NCBI GenBank assembly: GCA_965240325.2
Contig: OZ251238.1
Location: 372,001-436,000 of the forward strand
DNA length: 64,000 nt
Source of the DNA: Rebecca billardiae RCC1528
Taxonomy: Eukaryota > Protista > Haptophyta
Reading direction: 5' to 3'
Part shown: positions 1 to 10,744 of the stretch, one piece after another
Position numbering within the stretch: the first letter of the stretch is position 1
How the letters are laid out: each line of letters starts with the position of its first letter
Position numbers and translations under genes: made by a program
Notes under the pieces: model-generated
The model's input: only the letters and a program-made list of their open reading frames with translations
What the model was told of the DNA's origin: nothing
The model's database searches: none

Positions 1-900
1 GTCGGCCTCCTCGTTGCGCGAGCACAGGCACAGCAGCACGCCGCGCGCCTGCAGCGCCGCGCAGTGCGCCTGCACGCCGACGAACGGCGCGCCGAGCGCC
101 ACGCGCGCCGCGCCCAGCTCCGCGACCGCGCCGCCCCAGAGCGTGTTGTCGCAGTCGAGAACGAGCACCTTGCGCGCGGGGCACGCGGCGCGGACGCACG
201 CGCGGAGCGCGAGGCCCGCGAGCGCGGAGAGCGCCGCCGGCGTGTACGGCGCGTGCGCCATCCGCTCGAGGAACGGCGCGTGCCACGGCGCGCTGCGGCC
301 GTCGGCCGCGCGCGCTCCGCACGCGGCCGCGCACGCCTCCTCCGCCTCGCTCGCGGGGATCACGTGCACGCGCTCGCCGAGCAGCGCGTGCGCGGCGAGG
401 CCGTCGAGCAGGGCGTCGTGCGCGGCGCCGAGATCGCCGCTCTCGCGCGCCGCCGCCGTCAGCACCGGCGAGGGCGGCGCGCAGCACACGATGAGCGGCG
501 CGGCGCACGCGGCGCACGAGCGGCGCACGGCCTCGACCAGCCGCGCGGCCGCACCGAGCAGCGGCGCGGCACCCGGCGCGCGGCCCGACGGCCCGTCGAG
601 GATGCGCTCGGGGTGCTCGCCCACCACGTCCTCCAGCCGCGCGAAGAGCACGTTCACGCCGCCGTGCGCGCCGTTCGCGTTGAGCGCGCTCGCCGGGTCG
701 CGAAGCGCATCGAGCTCACCGGCGGAGTAGCCGGCCCATCGGACGTCGAGGCAGACGCCGACGAGCTGCGTCGCCCAGACGCGCAGGGGCTCGGCCAGGC
801 CATCGATGGCGAACGTGGCGGCCACGACCACGCGCAGCGGCGGCCGGCCAGCCGGCGGCTGCGACGGGCACGCGCGCCAGCCGTCGTCGGCCGCCGCCAT
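1..900 (-). CDS. FkbH-like protein (HAD-IIIC glyceryl-transferase/phosphatase family), 5' part; runs off the window edge
   Basis: Not in the ORF track; translated by hand from ATG at 900: MAAADDGW...VVVAATFAIDGLAEPLRVWA...DPASALNANG..GVNVLFARLED, then RKVLVLDCDNTLWGG (HAD DxD motif) and GVLLCLCSRNEEAD, motifs typical of FkbH domains. Confidence 0.85.
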   Translation of the reverse strand, partial: MAAADDGWRACPSQPPAGRPPLRVVVAATFAIDGLAEPLRVWATQLVGVCLDVRWAGYSAGELDALRDPASALNANGAHGGVNVLFARLEDVVGEHPERILDGPSGRAPGAAPLLGAAARLVEAVRRSCAACAAPLIVCCAPPSPVLTAAARESGDLGAAHDALLDGLAAHALLGERVHVIPASEAEEACAAACGARAADGRSAPWHAPFLERMAHAPYTPAALSALAGLALRACVRAACPARKVLVLDCDNTLWGGAVAELGAARVALGAPFVGVQAHCAALQARGVLLCLCSRNEEAD

Positions 901-985
901 CGTCCACGACGTGCCCCCTTGTTCATGAGCAGGTCCGTGTTTGCGAGCCGCGTGCGCAGCTCGCTCTGGTCACCGTTGGCTCAGC

Positions 986-1633
986 ATGCCGCCCGCGCAA
1001 GTCGCCACCGTGGCGATCGTCGCGACCGTGCTGTGGTATGGGTGGCTCAAGCCGGGCGACGCGTCGAAGGCGGACATCGAGATCATCACCTCGTCCACCA
1101 CCGTCGAGCGCTACCTCGTGCCATTCAAGGAGCAACTCGGCCACGACTACGACGGCTACCGCAACCACGTGTACCGCACGCTCTCGTACGCGCTGCACCA
1201 CCTCGGCGGCACGCACGCCGCGAAGCGCAAGCAGATCGAGGAGGCACTGGTGTACCATGACCTCGGCCTGTGGACCGATGACGACCTGGCCTACCTCGAG
1301 CCGTCGTGGGCGCGCGCCGAGCGCGACCTGCGCAGCAAGCTCTCCGAGGAAGACCTGCAGCTGGTCAGAGACATCATCCGCTACCACCACAAGTTCACGC
1401 CCTTCAGCCGGGGCAAGCACGCGGACGTTGTCGACGCCGTGCGGAAGGCGGACTGGTGCGACTCGACGCATGGCCTCGTGAGCAAGGGCATGTCGAGCGA
1501 CAACATCGCAAAAGCGTTCGCCGAGCTGCCTGAGCGCGGCTTCTACTCGATCCTCGCGCGCTTCGGCCCGCGGCTGCGCGGCTACAACGTCCCGCTCATG
1601 GGCTACGAGATCGCGCAGATTTTCTACGTGTGA
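986..1633 (+). CDS. HD-domain metal-dependent phosphohydrolase with N-terminal hydrophobic anchor
   Basis: GYRNH..R, YHDLGLW, YHHK and RKADW motifs; strong GC3 codon bias; intronless. Confidence 0.8.
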   Translation: MPPAQVATVAIVATVLWYGWLKPGDASKADIEIITSSTTVERYLVPFKEQLGHDYDGYRNHVYRTLSYALHHLGGTHAAKRKQIEEALVYHDLGLWTDDDLAYLEPSWARAERDLRSKLSEEDLQLVRDIIRYHHKFTPFSRGKHADVVDAVRKADWCDSTHGLVSKGMSSDNIAKAFAELPERGFYSILARFGPRLRGYNVPLMGYEIAQIFYV

Positions 1634-2141
1634 AGGCCGCTGGGGTCGACGGGCATGCGAGCTCCGCGCGCGTTGAAACCACGGACGCACTTGAGCGTGA
1701 AGTGCCAGTGATGATGAGTGTCAGTGAGTGGCGGCGGCGCGACTCAGGCTGGGCCGCGACACTCACACTTCACTGACTTCACATTCACAAGCCACAGTCG
1801 AGTACCAACGGTTGTCGGCGTCATCATCAATGACATCATCATCTCTCAAAGAGTAATCTGACTCAGAACCGGGCCGCGAACGCCAGGCTTGGCCCGGCCC
1901 CGAATGACAACCCGGGCGAGTCGCCAGGCCCAGGCCGCAGGCGCCCGTGACTGTCATGCCGCGGCGCGATATCCAGCGTATCTTGCTGGCAATTCTTGGA
2001 GGGGCCCTCTTTTTTTCGCATCAGTCCGGTGGCGAATCCGAGCGACCAACCGTGAAACAATTCCGTGCACGCACCCCACGTCAAAAACGCGCGAAAACCG
2101 GAGTCCCGGACCGGGCCACCGGGCCGGCGGGCACGGCAGCC

Positions 2142-3056
2142 ATGGGGAAGCGGCAAGTGGTCGATGATCCGCGCGCGGAGGCGCTGCAGAAAGAGCTCAT
2201 CAGCCTCAAGGGCAAGTGCACGCACGCCAAGCTGTTCAAGGCGAAGCAAGACACGCCAGGCTACCCGTTCCCGATGACGGCTCATCTCACGCTGCAGGCC
2301 CCGCCATCCGCCGCCGCGTTTGACGTCACGGAGCTGCTTCTCAAGCTCACCATCACCGAGGGCGGCCCGACGGAGGAGCGGGCGAACATCGTGATCGAGC
2401 AGAGCGCCGACGTGCCCGCGCAGGTGGCGAGCGCGGTGAGCAGCAGTGTGCAGGCCACCTGGCGGCAGCAGCTCGCCAAGCGGCGCGAGGCCGAGGGCGA
2501 CGCGCCGACCGGCTGGATGTTGACTGAGCTGCTCGACTTTGTGACCGCCAAGTACGCGGTGCTGCTGCAGCTCGTGCCCGAGTGCGTCGAGACGTACATG
2601 GGTTGCGACGACACGGGCGCGACGCTGCGGCGGTACATGCTCGTCGAGCCGCCGCCGCCGCCCGAGGCGTCGCCGGCCGAGGCGGACGCGTCTGGCAGCA
2701 GCGAGGGCGAGGGCGAGGGCGAGGGCGAGGAGATGGACGAGGAGGCGCGCGCCTTCTGGGAGGAGCAGGAGCGCAGGAAGGCGGAGGCGGCGCGGCAGCA
2801 GGCGATTCGCGACGCGCAGCACGCCGAGGCGCGCAGGCAGGAGGTCGAGCGCATGCGCGAGCGGGGCATCGAGGAGCACGGCCCGCGACAGCTCTCGAAG
2901 AAGGAGCAGGAGGAGTTGAGGGCGCGCAAGCGTGGCCAGGGCAACCGCACCGCCAAGACCGGGCCCAGGGCCTCCAAGTTCGCCGGCGAGGGCAGCGCGC
3001 TGGCCAAGGAGGACGAGACGAAGAAGAAGGGCAAGGGGGGCGGGGCGAAGAAGTGA
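2142..3056 (+). CDS. Hypothetical protein (possibly RWD-like N-terminal domain; acidic linker, coiled-coil, basic tail)
   Basis: Clean codon bias from ATG 2142 (MGKRQVVDD...); E/K/R-rich C-terminus. Confidence 0.65.
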   Translation: MGKRQVVDDPRAEALQKELISLKGKCTHAKLFKAKQDTPGYPFPMTAHLTLQAPPSAAAFDVTELLLKLTITEGGPTEERANIVIEQSADVPAQVASAVSSSVQATWRQQLAKRREAEGDAPTGWMLTELLDFVTAKYAVLLQLVPECVETYMGCDDTGATLRRYMLVEPPPPPEASPAEADASGSSEGEGEGEGEEMDEEARAFWEEQERRKAEAARQQAIRDAQHAEARRQEVERMRERGIEEHGPRQLSKKEQEELRARKRGQGNRTAKTGPRASKFAGEGSALAKEDETKKKGKGGGAKK

Positions 3057-3695
3057 CCTGCCGCCCACTCGCTGGATCGTCCGTGCGACGCGATCGCTCG
3101 GCGATGGTGGCCGCCCCGGCTGGTTCCCCAAGTCTGCTTACTGGTGAGGCGTCGCGGTCGCCGCATTGCGGAGCCGGAGCGGGGCCCGGCTTGCACCGTG
3201 CGGAGGCCGGCCGAGGCCGTCTGGACATCCGTGTGCGCCCGACCTCGACGTCTGCGCTGGCCGGCCTGGTCTCTCCGGCTGACTGCGCTCCGCGCCGCCG
3301 AGAAGGCAGTGGGCCGCAGCCTAGCTGCTAAACTGAGCCAGTGAGCCGCCGGCGGACGGCCACTCACTCTGTCGGAGCCCGTGCCCTCCGGGAGTGGCGG
3401 TGTGTGTGACTGCTGCTCGATCTGATTGATGCGGTCCGCCGCGGCGCCGCCGCGGCGCGCTCGGGACCGCGCGGCCCCGCGCTCCGGGACTGGCGGTCCG
3501 ACAGCGGCCGCGGCGGCGGCGTCGCGGCCGTGCCGCAGCCAGCTGCCACTTGCCAGGCACTCTGCAGGCAGGACGACGCCAGCCGCGGAGTGCCGCGCCC
3601 TGATGACTGAGCAGTAGCGCGCATAATAATAACACTGTACATCACAGCAGCAGTATACGGATGCTGACGAGCTATCCGATTCGCTGATGTCAGAG

Positions 3696-4969
3696 GGCTC
3701 CGGATTCGGTTGACCCCTGCCAGTGGCGGGCATTCTGAGAACCGAGTCGAAGTCACTCGAGCGGACCATATAGCCGGGTCCCTCCCGACCCCGGATTGAT
3801 GACTTCAAAGCGACATTGAGCATACACCCACCTCCCAATATGTTTCAGGCTCAATTTTTATAAGTGACACATACAGAAATCTGACCGAAATCCGAAACAT
3901 GGGTAAATGCATATTGACGCGGGTATTTCTGACGGAACTTGTATTCCATTCATGCATCGACGTGATACGCACGCCATGACCATGTCACGCCTCACGGCAG
4001 CTCACCGCCCCGCACTTGCGAGCGCGCTCTGGTTGGTCAGCTGCGCGCGCATAGCATTGTGCCGCGCTCTTCTCTCAGCTGGTACACCGCCAGACGCGGC
4101 CGCTCCGCCGCCGCTGCCGCGTGCCTCCGCCTCGTGCCGCGTGCTGGGGCGCCGCTGAAAGTCAGGCGTGATCGGTTGCACGGGCGTGAGCACGACAACG
4201 CCGCGGACGATCGTGTCGCTCTCGATCTCGCCGGTGCCCAGCTCGCGCGAGCGCCGGTCAAGATCCATGCGCGCGTATCGCTTGAAATCAGACTCGCCCC
4301 CCCATCGTCCACCACTGCCCGTCCGCCTCCTTCTGCCGCTTGCTGCTTGTCTCGGGCTCGTGAGTCGCCCTCGTCGCGACTTGCAGTGTCGAGCGCGTAA
4401 GGATCACAAAGTACTCGTCCAGACAGAGAGGCCTGAGCATATCGACGACGAGATGGAAAAGCATCCGCTCCATCGTGTTGTGCGTCCTCGACATGTTCAC
4501 CTTGATCTGATTGCAGAGGTCCGGAGACGGCGCAACGTGCAGAGAGGCTTGCACCGACCGTGGTGCACTGACGAGGTCGTGTCAGACACCGTGTGCACGA
4601 TCTCCAGGTCACGCGCGACCGCAAAGAGGTGCTCGGCATCGCGGTCGCCAAGATTACCTCCCAGCTGTTCGTCCGAGACGTCGGTGTCGAACACGATGGG
4701 CACGTCCAACGCGACCCGCGCCCGCACCACCATAGTGGGCAAAAGGCCAATAAAAGTACCCGGACTCCCAGTAGAAATGGTGAAAATCGGGCTCTGGCGC
4801 CGTGTAAAAACAAGCGATCGCGGCAAACGGTGCGGATTCGCGCTCAGCTCGCCAACCCGAGTCCAGCAAGCCTTCGACCGCCTCCGTGCGACCTCGCGAA
4901 GGTCGTTTTCATTTTCGGTACGCCCGGTTTCTATGACCGGACTGGCAGGGGTCAACCGAAGCCGGAGCC
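3696..4969. mobile_element. Non-autonomous TIR element (~1.27 kb) with degenerate internal ORF
   Basis: 29-bp TIR GGCTCCGG(A/C)TTCGGTTGACCCCTGCCAGT at 3696-3724 and 4941-4969; flanking direct repeat AGAG (or CAGAGG if the ends are moved in 1 bp); lower-GC interior. Confidence 0.75.
4002..4733 (-). pseudogene. Frameshifted ORF remnant inside TIR element
   Basis: Protein-like segments in successive frames (MVVRARVALDVPIVFD..., ...MERMLFHLVVDMLRPLCLDEYFVIL..., MDLDRRSRELG...); no recognisable family. Confidence 0.35.
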
Positions 4970-5115
4970 AGAGGGCGCAAGCTTGACTACCCCGGCGCCG
5001 AAGTCACTCGCGGATCATCACCGGCCACGGACTGCCGTCTGCAGAGCCGAGCAATGAATGAGCGCTCGCAGCCCACCGAGGTCGGCGCGGCGCGAGCGCG
5101 CTCGGTCGGATCGCC

Positions 5116-6335
5116 TCACGCGCCGCCGCGCGCGTCGGAGCGCAGCGTGTCCTCGCCGAGCAGCGAGGCGCCCATCTGCTGCTTGCTCGGCTGCTCGCTC
5201 GCCGACGACTCGCCGTGCGTCGACTCGACGTCCTTCTTGACGCCGTCGTCGCCGTCCAGGTCGTCCCCGTCCGAGGGGCTCAGCTTGCCGCCGCGCAGCT
5301 TCTCGAAGATCATCTTCTGCGCCGAGACCAGCACCGCGCACGCGACGATGATCGTCACGCCCAGCACCGAGGTGAGGTGCGACTTGGTGCCGAGGAGCGT
5401 CACCTGCCACGTGAAGCTGAACACAATCTCGAGCGTGGCGAGCACGTTCACCGGGCCCGCCTCGAGCCGCTGCAGCGACATGATGACGAGCGTCTGCGCG
5501 AAGAAGCTGACCGCCGCGCCGGAGAACATGAGCACCCACGACTTGTCCGCCACGCCCGCGGGCGCGACGTCCGCCCCCACCACCGCCATCATCGGCAGCG
5601 AGAGGAGGATGAGCGACAGGCCGTACCAGCCGGACGAGACGACCGCCGGCTGCCGGTTGCCGATCGCGCGCGTGGTCACCATCATGCCGGCGAGCAGCAC
5701 GGAGCCCGTGAGCGCGAAGACCGTGCCCACCGCGCGCCTGCCCCCCTCGCCCGCCTCGTGCGTCTCCTCCGCCTCGGGCGTGTCGGAGAAGGCGATGAGC
5801 GCGACGCCGAGGCACGCGCAGATGGCAGCAGACATGTTGACGCGCGTGAGCGGCTCGTGCAAAAAGATGAAGGCGAGGATCGTGGTCTGCGGCGGCAGAG
5901 GGCGGCAGTCGCACGCCGGCGAGCGTGAGGCGGCGCGCGCGCGAGCGCGGCGCGCGGCGCAGTCGGCGCAGGGGCGCGGCGCGTGCGCCGCACCCAGATG
6001 GGCGCCGTGAAGACCATCGCCGTCGCCTCGCCGAGCGGCATCATCGAGTACGAGGCGTACATGCACGCCAGCGCCATCACGCCCACTATTTGTCGCAGGA
6101 CGACGAGGCCCACGAAGCTGTACCCGTAGCCCGTGCAGAACAGGTTATTGCGCCATTCCTTCTTGAACGGGACCATGAACGTGGCGATGATTAGACGCGT
6201 GACGCCGACCCACAGCGTGACCGCGGTCGTCGAGAAGCCATCGTCCGAGACGATGCGGACGACGCACGAGTGGCAGGAGAAGAAGAGCGCGGAGCCGACC
6301 ACGAACAGCACGCCCAGCAGGCGGGAGCGATCCAT
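5116..6335 (-). CDS. EamA/DMT-family (SLC35G-like) transporter; 2 exons, intron 5887-5993
   Basis: Multiple TM helices; MPLGEATAMVFTAPIW|TTILAFIFLHE motif joined across a GT-AG intron. Confidence 0.88.
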
Positions 6336-6893
6336 TGGGGGAGCGCGGCCTGTTGTGGGCGTTGAAGCACGGGGGCGTCGAGGCCGGACCCCAAGCTCAA
6401 AGCTGACTAACGCCACGCGCTTACCTGCGACGGGTATGAGAAAGGAGCGGAACATGAACAATGGCGCAAAATGAAACGCTGCTCGCTTTCTACAAGTATT
6501 GTGGCGGGTTCTTTAATAACGCTTCCTACCCACGAAGCGAAAGGCGAACACGCCACAAAAGACGCTCATTGGCCGAAAGCCCTGAATAAGGTTGGGTGAG
6601 GGGACTTTCTCAGTCTTATCCGTTCACGTATCTGACGAATCAGCGCGTGGAAACCACGCGGCTTCACTCGCGTCCAAGCGAATAGGACCGCGATTTACTC
6701 ACCCGATCGACGCCGTCTGTGCGCGCGTCGCGCGGCGTGCACCGTCGAGCGGTGGCGCGAGAACGGGCGGAGGATGGACGGCGAGCCAGCCACGAGCAGC
6801 GTTGGCAGGGCAGGGGCGCACGCGTGAGCCACCTACCTCTCATCCGTGCCCGCTCGCGCCGCACCGCGCCGCAGGCTGTAATCACCTGACACC

Positions 6894-8153
6894 ATGGTGC
6901 GTGGCCCTAACCCGCTCGGCGCCGATAAGGAGTTGACCATCGTGATCGCCGGTGGCGGCAACGCGACGCACGTGCTGCTTGGCCTGCTTGGCTCCAATCC
7001 CAAGTACACCGTCCGCCTGTGGGACGTCGTGGCCAAGGAGGTCGAGACGTTCAAGACGCAGCTCGCGGCCAACGACAACATGATGACGCTCAACAACACC
7101 GGCGGCGCGACGCCCGAGGTGACGCAGGGCAAGGTGGACAAGGTGTCCACCGACCCGGCTGACGTGCTCCCGGGCGCCGACCTCCTCCTCATCGCCGTGC
7201 CCGCCTTCGCCCACGAGGTGTACCTCAAGGGCTCGGTGCCGTTCGCGTCGCCCAAGATGGCGGTCGGCTGCATGGTCGCCGAGGGCGGCTTCGACTGGCA
7301 GCTGCGCGACATGTACAAGGACCTGTTCCACTCGATGGTGACGTTCGCGATGGAGACACTCCCGTGGGCCTGCCGCCTGCAGGAGTACGGCAAGTCCGCC
7401 GAGATCAAGGGCACGAAGGACAAGGTGTCTGTCGCGATCACGCCCGACCACGCGGTCGAGGGCGTGCTCGGCTTCCTCAACGCGGCGATCAGCGTGCACA
7501 GCCGGCCGCAGTTCCTGTCGTCGGGCAACTACATGGCGCCGACGCTGATGAACATCAACGGCTACTTCCACCCGTGCATCGTGTACGGCGAGTTCCTCAA
7601 CTGGGACGGCAAGACGGCGTACGCGGAGAAGCCGCCCTTCTACGAGGGCGTCAAGCAGGAGGCGGCGGGCGACCTCATCCTGCAGATGTCCGACGAGTAC
7701 ATGGCTATCAAGGCGGCGGTGAACAAGGCGCACCCGGAGGTCGACCTGCACACCGTCATCCCCATGCGCGACTTCTTCTTCAACGCGTACAAGAACGACA
7801 TCGCCGACGGCTCCACGTTTGCGCGCGCGCTCAACACCAACAAGGGGTACAAGGGCCTCACGCACTCGATGGTGCCCGCGCCCGACGGCAACGGACTCTT
7901 CCCGGACTGGAACTCGCGCTACCTCACCGAGGACATCCCGTTCGGCCTCGTGCCCATCAAGGGCATCGCGCTCACCGTCGGCGTGCCCACGCCCGCCATC
8001 GACCGCACCATCGAGTGGTGCCAGGCCAAGATGGGCAAGGAGTACCTCGTGAACGGCCAGCTGAGCGGCAAGGACATCGGCGAGTCTCGCTGCCCGCAGC
8101 GCTACGGCTTCAACTCGATCAACGAGATGATCACCGTCGAGCCGGGAGAGTAA
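6894..8153 (+). CDS. Opine dehydrogenase (octopine/nopaline/tauropine-type NAD(P)-dependent)
   Basis: Rossmann motif IAGGGNATH; ETLPWACR; C-terminal SRYLTEDIPFGL signature of the octopine dehydrogenase family. Confidence 0.9.
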   Translation: MVRGPNPLGADKELTIVIAGGGNATHVLLGLLGSNPKYTVRLWDVVAKEVETFKTQLAANDNMMTLNNTGGATPEVTQGKVDKVSTDPADVLPGADLLLIAVPAFAHEVYLKGSVPFASPKMAVGCMVAEGGFDWQLRDMYKDLFHSMVTFAMETLPWACRLQEYGKSAEIKGTKDKVSVAITPDHAVEGVLGFLNAAISVHSRPQFLSSGNYMAPTLMNINGYFHPCIVYGEFLNWDGKTAYAEKPPFYEGVKQEAAGDLILQMSDEYMAIKAAVNKAHPEVDLHTVIPMRDFFFNAYKNDIADGSTFARALNTNKGYKGLTHSMVPAPDGNGLFPDWNSRYLTEDIPFGLVPIKGIALTVGVPTPAIDRTIEWCQAKMGKEYLVNGQLSGKDIGESRCPQRYGFNSINEMITVEPGE

Positions 8154-8570
8154 GCGGGCGGCGCGTGCCCCGCTGACGCCAGGGGCGTGCTGACCATCGA
8201 GCAGGCGGCATGTGCACCGCAATCGGGCATCGCGCGGCCCGAAGGCTCCGGCGCGAGTCTCGCAGCCGGTGTGCCGATTTACTCGCCGTCCGCGAGTCCG
8301 AACCAATTACGATTTACGGGCGGCCCGCGGCAGTCGCACGTCGCAGCCGCGGGCCGCAAGGCGCGTCGCGCCTGCGTGAGCACTGAGTTCTGACGAGTTC
8401 TGACGAGCAGCAGTCTTAGAAGTTGTGATGACTCGTCGCCTGCTCAGTCCCCTTACCGTCTACCGATCAGCTACGGGCGCCAGCCCAAGCCGTGCAGTCG
8501 GCGTGCCAGTTTGAGTTGTGACTCGTCTGTGAGTTGTGAGTCCGTGGCGGGCCCGGGCGCTTTGCTCAGG

Positions 8571-9698
8571 CAAGGGCGGTAAGGGCTGTCAACTCCCAGT
8601 GGCGGCAGCGCCAGAGGTTGGCTCCCGCTTCGCTGCTGCGCGGCCTCGCTCCAGCGACTAACTCTCGTGGGCGCCCGCCCCGGGGGGCGAGTGGGGCGCG
8701 CACGGCGCGAGCTCCTGCGGCCGTGTACGCGCGCGCGGAGGCGGCGCGCGCGGCTGGGCAGGTGCTAGGGAGTGCATGTCGCCCTCCCACGCCGCGCGCC
8801 TTGCTCGCCGCCGCTTTCGCCGCGCCTCAGGCCAGCGCGCACGCGTGCGCCGCCTCCAGAGCCAGCCTCGGGCCCGCGGCAGCTGGCCGCGCGCGTGTGG
8901 TGCGCGGTCTGGTCGGCGCGAGTCGGTCGGGGCCATCGGGCGAGGTTCGCATACTTTAGACGCGCGCTCTGCCGCCGCGCGCCGCCGCGCATGGGCCCGG
9001 TACCATCCCGTGAAGCTGTTGAAGGAAGCTGATCGATGAATGCACGACAAGCAGAAATGAGCTCGAACACGCGACAGTGAGCGCCCATGCGCGTGATAGG
9101 CGGCCGCATTGGGTGCGTGTACGGCGTCCAATGGGTGCATTGCCCCGCTCTCCATCGCCTGCGCTCGTCTGTTGTGCTCTTCAGCGTCTCCATGAGCGTC
9201 CAAACATGAGCATTTTCGCATTCGTGCTGCAGTTCGTGTCAGACCTAAGATGCTTGCGTGTCGACCCATGACAACCGTGCGCGGCGGCGCGCGGCGGCAG
9301 AGCGCGCGTCTAAAGTATGCGAACCTCGCCCGATGGCCCCGACCGACTCGCGCCGACCAGACCGCGCACCACACGCGCGCGGCCAGCTGCCGCGGGCCCG
9401 AGGCTGGCTCTGGAGGCGGCGCACGCGTGCGCGCTGGCCTGAGGCGCGGCGAAAGCGGCGGCGAGCAAGGCGCGCGGCGTGGGAGGGCGACATGCACTCC
9501 CTAGCACCTGCCCAGCCGCGCGCGCCGCCTCCGCGCGCGCGTACACGGCCGCAGGAGCTCGCGCCGTGCGCGCCCCACTCGCCCCCCGGGGCGGGCGCCC
9601 ACGAGAGTTAGTCGCTGGAGCGAGGCCGCGCAGCAGCGAAGCGGGAGCCAACCTCTGGCGCTGCCGCCACTGGGAGTTGACAGCCCTTACCGCCCTTG
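8571..9698. mobile_element. Foldback DNA transposon (P/Galileo-like, non-autonomous), family A
   Basis: ~421-bp inverted arms (8571-8991 / 9278-9698) beginning CAAGGGCGGTAAGGG; 7-bp TSD GCTCAGG at 8564-8570 and 9699-9705. Confidence 0.9.
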
Positions 9699-9862
9699 GC
9701 TCAGGACTGCTTCAACAACAACCGCGGCAGCGGACGGCCCTTGGCAGCGGGGCGGCACCGCGCTGCTTCGTCATCATCCTTCGAGAACATGAATCGCGCG
9801 GCGGTCCAACCGCGGCCGTGGAAGAGCCCTACACTCACGTCCACCACCTGCGGCACGGCCTC

Positions 9863-10744
9863 ATGCTGCTGCCGTGCATCACGCTCGCGCTCGGCTTCCA
9901 CGGGGTAGCGACGCGGCCGGGCGTGTCGGCCATCCGCGCCTCTCCTCGTGCGCGTGTGGCCCTGTCCAACGCTCTCACGCTCGACGGCGTGGCTGAGCGC
10001 CTCAAGATGGACGTGGTCGACCTGGTAGAAAATGTTATCGGCCTCGAGTCGCGCGACCAGCGGTTCGGCATCCGCGTGGTGGGGGCTGAGCTCGAGCGGG
10101 GCCCGAGCGGGTCTCTGGGCATCGAGCTGGTTGAGATGCTGCGCGCCACCCAGGCGACGGACACGCGCGGCCTCGTCCTCGTCTCCAGCGTGGACGCGGC
10201 CCGGTTCGTGTCTGATGCGCAACTGGAGCCCGGAGACACGGTCTGCGCGGTCGGCCCAGCGGGCGGCGAGCTCGTGCGGGTGGAGGGGCTCAACTACGAC
10301 GAGACGGTCAATGCGATCGGTGCTTTCGCGGACGAGCAGCGCGTCAAACTCGTCGTCAAACGCCTTGTCGAGCGCTCAACAATCAAGGTGACAGCCGAGC
10401 TGCCCAACGGCGAGACGACAAGCTTCGAGACGCTCGCTGGCTCCAACCTGCGCATGTCGCTTATCCAGCGCGACATCAAGATCTATGACGCGCGCACGCG
10501 CCGGTTTGACATGCCGTACGCCAAGGGCGACTGCGCCGGCGAGGGGCTGTGTGGCACGTGCCTCGTGAACGTGCAGGCGGGCGCGGAGCTGCTGTCCAAG
10601 CCGGATGGGATTGAGCGCGAGCTGCTCGACAAGCGGCCTGTCAGCTGGCGCGCGGCGTGCCGCACGGTGGTCGGCGCGGACAATGAGGCGGGGGAGCTGC
10701 GCGTGCGCTTGCAGCCGCAGGCCGACTTTGAGGACGAGCGCTAA
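9863..10744 (+). CDS. PDZ-like domain + 2Fe-2S ferredoxin, probably plastid-targeted
   Basis: Signal peptide + transit-like N-terminus; GSLGIEL..GDTV..V PDZ-like region; CAGEGLCGTC...RAAC 2Fe-2S motif. Confidence 0.85.
   Translation: MLLPCITLALGFHGVATRPGVSAIRASPRARVALSNALTLDGVAERLKMDVVDLVENVIGLESRDQRFGIRVVGAELERGPSGSLGIELVEMLRATQATDTRGLVLVSSVDAARFVSDAQLEPGDTVCAVGPAGGELVRVEGLNYDETVNAIGAFADEQRVKLVVKRLVERSTIKVTAELPNGETTSFETLAGSNLRMSLIQRDIKIYDARTRRFDMPYAKGDCAGEGLCGTCLVNVQAGAELLSKPDGIERELLDKRPVSWRAACRTVVGADNEAGELRVRLQPQADFEDER

Noticed and set aside
14-1260. Plus-strand ORFs 14-730 and 64-1260
   Set aside because: They are shadows of the minus-strand FkbH gene and off-frame readings of the HD gene.
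8566-9651. Mirror-image ORFs on both strands (also 12671-13696 and 40586-41733)
   Set aside because: They are a by-product of the foldback arms; Arg/Ala-rich with no protein motifs.
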